A DNA stretch of 64,000 nucleotides from Microbotryum violaceum. Its lineage: Eukaryota. Of this stretch, positions 21,633 to 35,174 are shown piece after piece. The translations under genes and the position numbers were made by a program. Position 1 is the stretch's first letter. Every line of letters begins with the position of its first letter. The stretch spans positions 1,302,001-1,366,000 of the forward strand of contig CDLV01000008.1 in assembly GCA_001244265.2 (NCBI GenBank), in the 5' to 3' direction. Below the pieces are notes generated by a model that saw nothing but the letters and a program-made list of their open reading frames with translations, had not been told where the DNA came from and searched no databases.

Positions 21633-23016
21633 TCCCTTTGGGTGGTAGACTTGACACTTTAATGCCGATATCGGGAGGATCGCAGGGCTCATGGTATAGA
21701 CTCCACATTTCGTGCCACTGCCGCGTTAGCATTAGGTTGAAGGCTTGCAAGAAGTTCAATGACTCCTCTTCTAGCTCGTAGAAAAGAACGGAAACTAATC
21801 CGCCAGCGTTCCTGTCGCCTATCGGCCTAGCGAGAGAGCTTTTGATTGCGTCGAAATGATAGCATGCAGCCTCTTGCCCGTATCCAACCGTCGCGTTCGT
21901 AACGAAATGTGAATTGTTGATGTTGTACACTCCTGACCGAAGGCGCCAGACCATCTCTGGCATTTGGTCCGAAACACCGAAGCGTAGCTCAGCTGGGGCC
22001 AGTGAATGTTCCGGGTAAATATTGTTGATGTTGATCACAATCACACTGGGGAGCGAGGTGATTGAAACGAATTGCACGTAAGAGCCTCCGGGGCAATTGC
22101 GCTTGTGATGCCGACGGCCTGAGTTCTTTGCCTCTGTGTACAATTTCAACGGTTGCCCAACGATTGAGGCGAGGACGTCCGACAACGTTTCCAGCGAATG
22201 CGAAGGCAGGTGGAGACTTGAGATGAGAAGGGGCCAGTCAACCACAAACTGTCGTCTTGGGGACACCTCAATCTGAACGCAGTTGCAGGCAGTGCAATAC
22301 CCGGCTCTTTGAAGATGTAATTCGACGACAGTTCGGTCGGGATCATTCAACGTGACAGCGCTTGGCAGAACCGGATGATCGACGGTGAACAAGTGAAGTG
22401 TCTCGAGCCAGGTCTGCCGAAAAAAGTGATGATTAGCGTCCAGTTTTAATCGTCTTGGGAGGGCGGGGTTCGCTAAGTGATTGACTGACTACTGGGCCAC
22501 TATAACTCCCCCGCTTAAATGGAGTTGTAAAATGGCTTCCGCGTTCTTTCGACATCCCAACCACAGTGGAAATCATCCGTTCTCGTAATTGTGTGTATGC
22601 TTCAATGGCGTTCGCCGCCGGTTTCATATCAAACTTTCGAGCCAATGCTGTGTATTCGCGAATCGCATCCCATAGCTCGAGTGCCAAATATCGAGGGCGG
22701 AGCCTCAACACCATCTCATCGCCAAGTGGAGAAATCACGTAGGCTGTATGGGTGTTAAGGATATCCAGACACTGCAGCCATGGTTCCAATCCGTTGGCGA
22801 CCGAGAGCAATGCGATAAGCGTTGAGTCAATCCAGCAAGAATTATCGCTCCACGGGCCTTGGATAATGACGACTGGCCCGTCTTCACCTAATCGGAGCCA
22901 GAAGTCTGCGTGGAGCTGCACAATCGTGCTACCGAGCGATGTCGACGTCGATGTCTTGGGCGGAGCGAATTTTACCCTTGGTGCAGATCTAGAGTCCTCT
23001 GGGAGCTTGTCACTGG

Positions 23017-23205
23017 TGTTAGAAGTGGGGTCTGAGAGCCTAACTCATTGCTATTAGTCTTGATTGTTACTTTATTCTGCGCGCGCGCCTATCTTTGTCT
23101 TTGCGTCTTTTTTCCTTCTGGGTTCCTTCTCCATGCTATTCTCATCATCTCACTCGTGTATCTGGGAGCTGAGTCGTGGAGTACCTCTTAGTCCTTGTTG
23201 CAACA
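23017..23205 (+). repeat. 5' LTR of copia C (189 bp, lacks the intron-like segment)
   Basis: Matches the 3' LTR minus 77 bp, with a few substitutions. Confidence 0.93.
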
Positions 23206-26200
23206 GGTTATGAGCTCAACGGGCGAATCCGACTTCCCCAACGGGTCGGGCAATCGCTTGTATCTCAAGGACACACAAGGGTACAAGAGCTGGTCACAAC
23301 GTGCGTTTATCAATCTTCGAGCCAACAAAGTATAGGATGTCGTCAATCAATCCATCGACTCCCTTGTCGCGGACTATCGGTCCACGCTCATTATTGCACA
23401 TGCAACTGCGTCCGTCGCGCCAGTTGAACCAGCCTCCGGCTTTAGCGGGCTTGGGGGGGGCTCTGGTTCTGCGCACTCGGACGCCTCGCCCAGGCTCACC
23501 AGCGTTCAAGTTGCGGACAAGGTCGCGGAATATCGCGAACGGGTCATCCGCCGCAACGATTTGGCATGCAAGTACATCGCCAATTCGATCTCTGAGGAAC
23601 AGATGTCTCACTTGATTCATCTTACCTCGGCATACGAGATGTGGGACACCCTCCGTGGTCTCCACTCTCACGGTCGCCCGAGTCGCACTATGGACCTCCT
23701 CAACACTCTAGCGCAACCTTACTCTGGGGATATTCCTTTTAAGGAATTCGTCAACAAGGTCAAGATCGCCATGACCGATTTTCAGAACCTCGGAGCTCCG
23801 CTTCCGCATTGGCTGTTTGCAGGCATGCTCGTTCGGTCGCTCCCAGCCCAGTATGACTCAATCGTTGGGAACCTTGCCTCCGACATCGACATCCACATGG
23901 ATTGGAACACGTTCTATCCGAAACTCCTGATGAACGTCGAAATGGCTGATTCCCGAAACAAACAAAAGGAATCGTTATCCGCTCGGATCGTTGACAATAC
24001 TAGCCTCGTCGCCCGTATTTCCACCACGGCGCAAAATGACTACTCCAAGTCGTATTGTTCGCGCTGCAAAGCACTGGGACACGAGCGTGGTTGGCGTCTC
24101 TGTCCAAGCAGGAACAAGGATGCGAGCGCTCCCGCTTCCTCGGACTCAAACTCGAACGTAGCTGCCATTGGTGTAGATGAATCTGCATTGATGACCTACA
24201 CTTTCCCCTATTCGCGAACAATGCCACGTTTTCCATGGATCATTGACTCGGCTGCTAAGGTCCATTGCGTTGGAGACAAGTTGGTCCTATTGGACGTTGT
24301 CTCTGAGCCTCTCAAAATTTCTGTCGCCGATCAATCTCAAATCGAATCTCCCGGTCATGGCTCAGTGACGTTTCTTACCTCATATGGCGCTCGTATCACC
24401 ATTAAGAGGGTCTACTACATGCCCGGTGCTCAATGCGGTTTTATCTCCATTGACCGTCTGTTGGAATCAATGACGTACACTGTTGGTCCCCAAAGCAATC
24501 TCATTTTCAGCATCCGCGGCAAGTCGATTCTGCGCTCGCTTCCTGGTCGGGGGTTTGTCATGGATGCAGCTCCCGTTCAGCCTATCATGTCATCCTCACC
24601 GCCTTCAATGGTCGGAGCCAATTGTCTCACTGGAACCTGTACGTTGATGGAAGCACATCGGAAGTTGGGCCATCAATCTCCTGCGGCAATCGTTTTGGCC
24701 GTCAAATCCGGAGCTATCACTGGCATCACTCTGAAGGACGAAAAGGTTACTCCTTGCTTCTCGTGCATCCAGGCCAAGTCAAAGCGATCACCCTTCTCCA
24801 ACAAGAGTACCGAAGCGCCTCATGCACTCTACCGCGTCTTCATCAATCTTGGGTTTGTCGAACATCCCAATCACCATGGCGATACTATCTATCTCGCTAT
24901 TGTGGATCAGTATTCGACGGCTAAATGGACGATCGTGCTAAAGGACAAGAGGGCTGAGACAATTATCGAAGCATGGTCAAAATCTCAAGCCGAGTCCGAG
25001 CGTCAAACGGGTCAGAAAATCAAGAGGGTCAGATCGGACAATGGTCGTGAATTCGACAACTCATTGTTCCGGGCTCTTCTTGAAAAGCAGGACATCATCG
25101 TGGAATTCACGGCCCCCTATACTCCGGAGCAAAATGGTCAAGTAGAGCGACTCAATGGATCTCTCATGGGTCTCGTTCAATCAATGCTCCTCGACTCCGG
25201 TCTTCCCATGTGATTCTGGTCAGATGCTCTGGCCGTCGCGAGATTTGTTCTCAATTGTCGACCACATCCTCGTATTCAAAAAAAAACGGCAAACGAAGTT
25301 CTTCTCGGCAAGAAGCCTAGTCTTGCTCATCTTCAGCCATTCGGATCTACGGTGTTTGTCCACGTTCCCAAGGAGCGTCGCTCCAAGCTTGCACCTTGCT
25401 CCATTCAGGGAGTTTTCATCGGGTACTCCGGTGAATACAACTACCGTGTCTGGGTCCAATCGTCGAAACAGGTCTACGTTTCGCGTCACATCACATTCCT
25501 TGAGACTCCTTCCGTCGTCACTTTGTCTCAAGATTGTGCGGACGCTTTTGATCCCGTTCATCATTCTCAACCTCCTCAACCTCCTCATCCTCCTCATCCT
25601 CCGCCAGATGTGTTGCCATCTACACCAACTTCACCTGTTGTGGATCCAACTTTGCCGGATCCACAGCCTCCTCTGGTGGTTCCAATTGGAGTTGGTCAAC
25701 AGGGGGGGTATCTTGCAGTCGTTCCTCGTAAGGATGACGACAATGACAACAACAATGGACTCGACGATGGACCCGATAACTATCATGACGCAGAAGAACC
25801 ACTCGACTGTGAGGCAGAAGTCGCTCTCGCTCCTCGTGAAGGTTACGCCATTGTTCGCACTGGTCCAAATCCTGGCCAATTCGAGAATGTTGATCCTTCC
25901 AACATCCTTCCTGCTGGTTCTTGTCGTTGACCTCAACCTCCGGAAAATATACTTCCCATCATTTCGGCTATCATGGTCGATGTCTTGGATACTCCACCCA
26001 TGTTCCACGACAAGCTTTCCTACAATACCTACTGTGCTGCCGTGTTTGCCGAAGAAGACATTGAAATACCCAAGACATTTGAGGAAGCCATGAAGTCACC
26101 CTATCGCAACCATTAGAGTGCGGCAATGGGCTCAGAACTTCTACAATTCGATCATCATGGAGTCTTTCAGGAAGTCAAGTGGCACGAAGGAATTCGGGTA

Positions 26201-26664
26201 CTCGGCACAACCTGGGTCTACAGTATCAAGCGCGATGCAAACAGCAAAATCATTCGTTTCAAAGCTCGTCTCGTTGCTCAAGGATTTGCTCAACGCCCAG
26301 GCATCGACTACCATGACACCTACGCTCCTGTTGCTCGTTCTTCGACGATTTTGTTCTTGATTGCTCTGGCTGCTGCTCAGGGCCTGTATCTTAAACAGTT
26401 CGATTTTGACTGCGCCTTTCTCAACGGCAAGATGACCAAGGATGTCTATGTTCGATACCCAAAAGGACGGAATCGTCCTCAATCCCCTGGCAAGTGCCTC
26501 AAGCTCGTGGGTTCCATGTATGGCACCAAACAGGCGCCCCGTGAATGGTATCAAGCCATCAACAATCTCATGGTGTCTCGAGGCTACATGAGGGCAACTG
26601 CCGATGCTTGCCTCTACATCAAACATTCGGGCACTTCGTTTGCTATCATCACTCTCTATGTTGA

Positions 26665-27428
<764 letters not shown>

Positions 27429-28001
27429 TGATTGGGCTGCGGTCAAGCGTATATTTCGCTACCTCAACAGCACCATCGATTTGGGAATTATTTATCGAAA
27501 CAGTTCCACAACTCGATTGATGGTCTACTCCGATGCCTCGTTTGCGGATGACCCGGAATCTCGCAGATCGGTGGGAGCCTATGCATCAATGCTTGCTGGC
27601 GGCGTTATCTCCTGGCAGTCGAAGCAACAATCTATGATCGCTACATCCACTACCGAAGCCGAAATCCTCTCTGCATCCTCAGCCACTCGTGAAGCAATCT
27701 GGCTCCGTCGTTTGGCTGGTGATGTCGGCATTCCACAAGCACAGCCTACTATCATTCAAGAGGACAACGCCGCATGCATCCAGATCGCCAAGGATCCGGT
27801 CGATCACATGCGAACCAAGCACTTCGACATTGCTCATTTGTTCGTTCGAGAACGGGTTGCTTCTGGCGAGGTCGAACTTGAATACTGCCCTACCCACGTC
27901 AATGCCGCGGATATTATGATGAAGCCTTTGGAATTTCAACGCTTTGATCAACTTTGTGCGCTACTTGGAATGGTCTCGTTAGTCTCTTTGACCGGTGGGA
28001 G

Positions 28002-28267
28002 TGTTAGAAGTGGGGTCTGAGAGCCTAACTCATTGCTATTAGTCTTGGTTAATACTTTATTCTGCGCGCGCGCCTATCTTTGTCTTTGCGTCTTTTTTCC
28101 TTCTGGGTTCCTTCTCCACGCTATTCTCATCATCTCACTCGTGTATCTCGGAGCTGAGTCGTGGAGTACCTCTTAGGTTAGTTACTGCAAAGCCACGCTA
28201 TTCTCATCATCTCACTCGTGTATCTCGGAGCTGAGTCGTGGAGTACCTCTTAGTCCTTGTTGCAACA
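28002..28267 (+). repeat. 3' LTR of copia C (266 bp) with 61-bp direct repeat and intron-like segment 28177-28253
   Basis: Repeat copies at 28116-28176 and 28193-28253; segment reads GTTAGT...TTAG. Confidence 0.95.
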
Positions 28268-28490
28268 GAAGCGACCCAGGTTCGACTCCTGGTCCAGCCG
28301 TTCTTATTCTTTTGTTGATCATTTCGGGATCATCGTTGATTCCAACATGGTGGTACAACCCTGTAGCAGATGAGGCAGATACAATCGATGGGCACAAAGT
28401 CGAAGCTATGACTCGGAGCACCGCGCAACGACTGAGGCCGGCCTGTACCTAGTAGGCTCTGTACAAACGTTGATGTGTGCTGTAGCAATC
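28268..28490 (+). repeat. Left arm of a 223-bp inverted repeat; begins with the 3' half of a tRNA-like unit cut by the copia C LTR
   Basis: Reverse complement of 32006-32228 with few mismatches; contains CCAGG-TTCGACT-CCTGG T-arm. Confidence 0.9.
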
Positions 28491-29342
28491 GCAAGGTCCC
28501 TTAGTAGAGCATCTATTACAGCTCAAAAAGAGATATGGTACATGAATCGATACAGGGGCCGAATCACACAACTGCTATGGTTCTACAGGACCCTGTATGC
28601 CCACCCAGTGACTTCCTCTGGTTCAGACTGGATGCTCTGCACCAAGGGCATTGCAAATAAGTACCATCCTGCAACATGGGGAAGTAGTGATGTCTCACAG
28701 CGCCATCCTCATCGCTATCATTATCGGCGTACCGTTCCGCCGCCAGCTTCTTCGCACTGGAGAATGAGGCGGCTATGTTCGATGTGCAAGAAAGAGCTTG
28801 GGGAAGGATCAGCCTGATAGTTTTTTCTGCCTAAACTGGTTTTTGGTCACTTGCCTACGTTCAGATGCTTGATAGTCTTTTTGGTGTCTTTGATAAATGT
28901 CTTCACCAAACTAGCATTTGTGCCCCAAGTCTTCTTGAGTATTGCCTCAGTGGGAACCTGCAACTGATGAAGAGTGACAAGTAGGCAATGCCGGTCAGCC
29001 AAGCCAGCACGCTCTGCCATGCCATTCAGGATACTGACTCACACTCAAGTAAATCCCCTGATTCTTGCCTCCTGCCAATTGCTTCGCATTGCTGAAAGGA
29101 AATGTCAGTTTGTTACCCGGGACCAGCTGGAGATTGTCGCTTTCTTCTGGACATGAGACTTCAGCCAGTGCCCGCGCTCCGAGCCCATCCCGATGAACCC
29201 CATAATCATGGACCTTAACTAGTCTCCAAGCCTCACTGATGTAAGCCCATGCGCATGAACGAGCAAGCGAAATACTGTAGTAAATATCCGTATTAACTCT
29301 GGAACACAGGGAGTTTCACAGGGCGGCATACATTGAGGCTAC

Positions 29343-31908
29343 TTACGTTCCAGAGAGCTTCTTAAATTCGTCTGCGCGCAGATCCTTCGTTGACACCACG
29401 TTCACACATATGATATATGATGCATCTTGTCGTCCTTTGTTGCTCTTTGGAGATCTCGGCATGCAACGTATGTAAGTACAATCCGCATAGTTACAACAGA
29501 TGAAGTCCTGAGTGAAGGCGACCGGCATTCTACACAGCCCTCCCGCGGCACAAGTTGGGCATCTGAGCTTGACCATGACAGGCTTGTGCGCCCGATACTC
29601 GTCCTCGAACAGCGAATGCCCTGGGTGCAAGCCGATAGTCTGTGCACAAAGAGGGGATGTTCAGAGAACCGATGGCCGTGACACCACCATTGTGGCAGCC
29701 AATCCGCCATCACGTCCCCGAACGTACCTTTTCCAGAATCCTTAACTTGTCAATTTGGTACTTGCGGACGGAGCCCGCTTCCCTGAATGCTCTGAACGTC
29801 TGGCGACCCGCCTGTGCTCCCTCCTCCACGAAGCCCAACTCCAGACCCATGACCTCGTAGCGCTGACGCACCATAGCCACGGTCGGTAGTAAGGGTCCCT
29901 CAACGCTCACATCGGGGTTTCGCCTGCGCGCGCCGTACGTTTGCGCAGCAGATGGCTCGAGGTCGGTAATCATCAATTCCAGCGAGGTCCTCCATCGCCT
30001 TGTCAGAGCGGCATTGAGTGATCGCAGCGCAGTCCGGTTTCTTTTGTACACCCACCAGCTATAAGAAGCCGTGGCGCGCAAATCTGGGACGAGCTCGGTG
30101 TGTTGTGGGAAATTAGTGGGGTCTGCGGTCCAGAGGGACTTATGGTCTTAGCAGTGGCGCGGGCGCGTGGGTGTTGTGCGGGGGACCGGTAGAGGCGGCA
30201 GAGGCGGCTGGCTGTTTACATGAGATTGCGTCTTTTTGAGCTAGCTGTTTTTTTCTCTCTCTTCTCCACCACGCACTCGATATCACATCTCGCCTAGTCG
30301 CTCTGTTACAGTCGATTGACCTTTAGCGACCCACTAACTCACAATAGGTCATCCATCGACGCCACGTAACTAGAGACGCTCCTACAACAACACGGTGGCG
30401 AGATGCGCAATTGACCCCATTGGATTGAGTCCATCAAATTGATGTCATTGAAGTGGGCCCCTCCAAAGACACATCTTGCGGGCACCGGTGAATACGTCTT
30501 GAAGCGACAGAAACAAATCGCCGTTATATTCGTATGCGGTTACACCACATGTGTCGGACCGAAATTTGCTTGGCGATGGCCAGATGGTTGGAACCTCACA
30601 GCGATGCACTGTAACAAACGCAGGTTCGTTAGGGCCAAGACGGAAGCATGGGCTACGTGCTCCTCCCTTTGTGATGAAATTGTTGTAACGTACCCAGCAG
30701 AATAGACTTGAAGGGGCGTGGTGAAAGGCGCTCGGTCACGGATGATGTCACATCGTCGAAGTCGAGGTCAATTTTGCCAAGGGGGATTTCTGATGGTAGA
30801 TTCGACGATTGAGTGAGCCGGTACCGCAGTTGCGCATTGAAGAATCGCTCACCTTCCATATTCAGGACACTGTCGTCGTGACCCAAGAGGTCATCATGGG
30901 TGTTCGATTCTTCCGAAGAACAAATCGATGCCGCGACGCTGAACTAAAGAGACGAAGGCGAGTCGCGAACTCGTGCGGTTTGTACGAGTTCCGCGCAGAA
31001 TACTTTGCTGTCCATTCGAGCATGATCCAACGTGTCGTCTCGTTCCTCAGGATCGGCCCCAGCAGAACCTGCAACGGTACCGTAATCGCTCGTCTCGCCG
31101 CGCGGTCGCGACTCGGGAACAGGCGGTTCCAAAGACTTCGGATTGTCCCCTTGGAGCGAAGTCATTGACATCCTCGATTGTAACTAGAGCGCCCAAATGG
31201 TCGATTTGGGTGGAACGGGCCATGAGTGGAACGGGCCATGGGTGGACTGAGCCATCACGTCAGTTCAGAATTGGCCCCTGACCATGGACAATGAACGGGC
31301 AGCCGCGACCATGGGAATGTCCATTTGCTCACCGAGCTGTAGTCTACTCGTTGGCGAATCTGTGGCTCGTAAAGCTTTTTCTCCGTTCCAGGAGACAGGT
31401 TCACTTCATTGATAGACTAGAAGAACTACAGAAATTTGGGGCGGAAGTAACGATTGTGACTGACGCAGTACGCACCCTTCGCAGTCTGACGGGTGATGGG
31501 TCGCGTCAACGTCGTCGGAGAAGCCTCGCTGGGAGGACCCGGCGGGCTCAACATCCTCAAACACGTCTTCGAGGCTCGATTTCCAATGAGGTTCGAGCTC
31601 AATTCATGTATGTGTGTTGGCTCCAAGGGGAAAGGAACTGAGAACGCCGGTGGCGACGCAGCGGCACCGGGTAGGTCGAGGACTTGGAGACGCGTCCGAC
31701 GCGATTGAAGTCTTGCTTTACGCTCAGATATCGGAGGTGGGGCATGAGCCTTTGGCGTCCATTTGTTTCGTCCTCCACGGGCCATCGTTGGTGGCCAGTG
31801 TGGTGGACTCAAAGGAAGCATCTTCCCACGCGGGCCCGCAGATGGCCGCGGTAGCACTGACGCCAAAGTGAGTCCTAATTTGTCGGACAAATTAGTCCTC
31901 TGAGTCAA
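29343..31908 (-). pseudogene. Multi-exon gene of unknown function with a Cys-rich C-terminus, interrupted by a solo LTR
   Basis: Minus ORFs 31426-31908, 30653-30886, 29710-30081, 29343-29630 (CPTC..C..CCNYADC..C); frame continues across the solo LTR (HLAT|ELVPDL); GT..AG intron near 29640-29730; one in-frame TGA near 30445. 5' extent uncertain. Confidence 0.4.
30101..30392 (+). mobile_element. Solo LTR of the copia A family, single-repeat ('spliced') form
   Basis: Highly similar to 8794-9167 but lacks the 97-bp segment; TSD CGGTG at 30096-30100 and 30393-30397. Confidence 0.96.
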
Positions 31909-32005
31909 CTTGAAGTCGCCAGGTTGACTTATCCGTCACGGCTAAGTGCGACTTTGCAGGGTTGACAGTAGTTAATGCTGGAGCGAGGTATCTTCTTACC
32001 CCCTT

Positions 32006-32228
32006 GATTGCTACAGAACACATCAACGTTCGTACAGAGCCTACTAGGTACAGGCCGGCCTCAGTCGTTGCGCGGTGCTCCGAGTCATAGCTTCGACTTT
32101 GTGCCCATCGATTGTATCTGCCTCATCTGCTACAGGGTTGTACCACCATGTTGGAATCAACGATGATCCCGAAATGACCAACAAAAGAATAAGAACGGCT
32201 GGACCAGGAGTCGAACCTGGGTCGCTTC
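32006..32228 (-). repeat. Right arm of the inverted repeat (partner of 28268-28490)
   Basis: Direct sequence comparison. Confidence 0.9.
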
Positions 32229-32268
32229 CATTCATTGGAAAAGCTTTGACCAACTAAGCTATCCGGCC
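32196..32268 (-). ncRNA. tRNA-like Pol III unit with an aberrant anticodon loop (pseudo-tRNA or SINE-like head)
   Basis: GGCCGGA-TA-GCTT-AGTTGGTCA-AAGC-T-TTTCC-AATGAAT-GGAAG-CGAC-CCAGG-TTCGACT-CCTGG-TCCAGCC-G; A box TAGCTTAGTTGG and B box GGTTCGACTCC; T-rich tract follows; loop lacks Y32/U33. Confidence 0.7.
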
Positions 32269-33052
32269 CCTGATATCAGTGCAAGGTCTACTAATACCTT
32301 CAACACACCACACCCTTAGACCTAACTGGTCACTGGTGACTGTCAGAGTGTATACAACGCCCTGTAGCAGCCACAAATGCGATTCAAAGTTTTGGGGCGT
32401 ACATGTGCCAATTCACCTAGGCCCCCGGGCGTACCGACCTCGGACCCAGTACGCCTTATTGGGCGGAGCGTGAGCCATTTAGTGCGTACTCTGCGCCAAC
32501 AAATGTGCGATGCGCCCAGAAAAATATGAAATTGCTACAGCTTCCGCTAATCTGCATGTATCGTCTTCCCTTACCGTACAAATACTTTTTGAGTGTAGTA
32601 GAGCATGATAGAGCCAGCAGAGGCGCCCATAGAGGCCCTACATCACCTGTAGTACCCTGTCCGCACGGGAGCCCACTTTCGACGTGACTGGTCCGATTGT
32701 AAAGAGATTTTTTGATGGGTCGTTATTCCTGGAGTTCCCTTTGCCAGAAGCGCACTATTGAGCTCCAGAGAATGTAAGGACAGCTCGCAAGGATTGGTGT
32801 CTGCACGTCTGCAGTTTCCCTCTCTTCATTTTTCGTGAAAGCATCGGTGAATGCCGCTACATGACATTGTAATGAAATAAAGACGTTTTCTTCAGAAGAA
32901 GAGACTGAAAATACAAGACAAGTATCAAATACTGCAATGTGCGTTACACGACGGCCTCAGCTGCAAGATCAGTTCGACTTGTCTGAAAATACCAAGTTTG
33001 TGTCGACAGAGACACCCAAGCTGGCACGACGAGAGGTGATCCCGCCTTGTGC

Positions 33053-34650
33053 TTAAAGACGGGGAATTAAGGGTTCGTATAATATGTAATCACACTTGTC
33101 ATCTTTGAGTGTGAGGAAGTCATCAAGCCGGTTGCGTATGAGCTCAGAATGAGGTTGTACGGCGGGGTTGGCCCTGCCAGGCTCGGACTTGATGAAGCTC
33201 TCCGCAACACAGTAACGACCGCCGTCCAGATTGATTAACAATGTCTGGAGGGTAGGGGAGGTTAATCTGGAGATTCTTCACGAGATTCGACCAGAGTTCG
33301 ACCAATTCGGCACACGTGTCGTAAATTTGGACCGAGCGGCGAGCAGCTCGGCATTCGCGCAGTCTCAGCTTGGTAGGGGTCAGAGGTGATCGCACAACAG
33401 CGAGGCCGCGTCTTTAATGCTGACTTCGGAGTAGTCCTCATACTCCGACAGACACGCGCGATGCCGAACTGGAACTTTTCCAACGATAGGAAAGGTGAAG
33501 GCGTCAGGTCAGAAATGCGATCGCGGCCGCGCCATGACCCACATGCTTGCTGCAGCTTTCGTCGATCACGCAACGCAGACTGCGGAGATTCGAGGTGAAG
33601 TTGGCATCCAGAAGCCGGATCACGAACGTATCTTGGTGATGTACTCAGCAATAAGGATATTGCCCTTCTTGAGACCGACAGTGTACGCCAGCGTTCTGAA
33701 GGGTACGCTGCGTATGGATGAGGGACGCAAAATCCGCCTGGACGATAGGTTCTTGACAATAAGAGCTCCTTGAGGTGGGGGAGGACGGGCGCTGACGGGT
33801 TGGGTATGCCCGAACCGCCTTGGCTGTGACCGTACATCGTCGCGAATAATTAGTTTGTCCAGACCTTTTGCAAGGAAGAAAGATGCATTGACCTCGTCAG
33901 CGGCAAGATCCCTATCAGATCTCCACGCGGACATACGTCTACAACTGTGATTGAAAACATCTTAATAAACCTAAAAAGTTAGTCTGTTTCGAACCATTGA
34001 AGAAATGATACTTGAATCGACTACCTAAATCTGAAGAAGAACCGTAGTAAGTGAATAATCTAAAAGTCAGAAACGTTATCTTGTAGAGTCCAGTGTATCA
34101 TACACAAAGCCTGCATAGGTAGCGGTTGGAGTTGCCCCATCAGGTTCTCTTCGAACACCAGGTTCTGACGTCGACGTCGAAGTCGAGAGGTCGAGTCAAC
34201 GCAGGCTAGCAATACAACAATACGTCGAATTACGTCCGGTCGCAGGTCACGCCCAGTTGCGGAAGACCTGGGGTCGCTCTGAAATAAAAAATTTTGGACG
34301 CAGAGATGTTTGAAGAGACGACATAGAAAGGGTCCAATCCAGGCCCAGTGGCAGGCGCAAACTGCTCTTTTTAGGGCATCACGGCCTTGACATTGTCTCA
34401 AACACAAACAGCAGATGGACAGGTGCTCCTAACGTTTGCTATCTTCGCTTCCGTAGTACCAAGGACGTAGGTCGTGCTTCTGAGTCGCCAGGTATGTGAT
34501 CTCGTTGAGGACGTCGGTTGGCAGTCGCGGGAATACATCAGGCGCTCGGATGATTCGTGTCGCGCATTCTGTCCAGCATGGCTCTCCGCGGAGTTGCTCA
34601 CGTCGTAGACGATCATAGGCATAGGAAATGTGCTGACAAGAGGTCAAGAT
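33053..34650 (-). CDS. Multi-exon hypothetical protein, possible N-terminal F-box-like motif
   Basis: FPRLPTDVLNEITYLA in ORF 34429-34647; further minus ORFs 33620-33934 and 33053-33241 separated by intron-like gaps. Confidence 0.3.
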
Positions 34651-35174
34651 GGACCAAGAGCTCTGCGTTTGTGAAGACAGCTAGTGAGAAACTTGGAGCT
34701 TGATTGTACAGATTTGGGCGCGGAGAGCCTTTGCGCCTCGAGCGCTCTGAGCCAGGCAGCCTTCCCGCCCTATAGAGCACGACACCTCGAATAGTCAACG
34801 ATCTGAATATTCCTCAAAGTCAGACTTCAAGGCCGCCGCGGAGTGTGCCGCCCGCATCCAACGACCATTAGTGGGCCCCTCTTTCCCCGAACGCTTTCTA
34901 GAGTTACTCTTCCTAAGCTTGACGGGCACCAAGGCGTGTATATCGTGAAGGTGTCAGATTATACATTAAGTAGGTAGCCAAACGAAGTTTAGGTTTCACT
35001 GAGATTATGCTTGGCCGCGTCAAATCCTCCAGCACTTTTTCTTGTGTTGACACGCTAAAAATTGGAGAGTTGTTTGGGTTAGGTGCTCCATCGAGACCGG
35101 GCGTCGCACGCCAGATCATCTAATCTGTTTTGTCCTAGTCATCGACAACGCGTCACTCAAGTCAGGGTCCCATT

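Larger units (their letters stand above)
16986..23016 (-). pseudogene. USP-like (papain-fold, C19-like) cysteine protease gene, interrupted by copia B and 5'-truncated by copia C
   Basis: Cys box WSDNSCWIDSTLIALL (ORF 22433-22921); His/Asp box YNINNSHFVT...YHFDAI (ORF 21613-22392). Removing copia B and one TSD joins ...SSLPPKG to TLEEGQGVWK...KADQ* (stop at 16986). Confidence 0.6.

Noticed and set aside
29402-29713. His-Me finger (HNH-like) nuclease suggested by CHNG and HPGHSLFE fragments
   Set aside because: The CHNG part lies inside an apparent GT..AG intron; no continuous motif.
32196-32268. Functional tRNA-Ser(TGA) or tRNA-Phe(GAA)
   Set aside because: Anticodon loop lacks Y32/U33 (or is only 5 nt in the alternative pairing), there is no long variable arm for Ser, and the acceptor stem has a mismatch.
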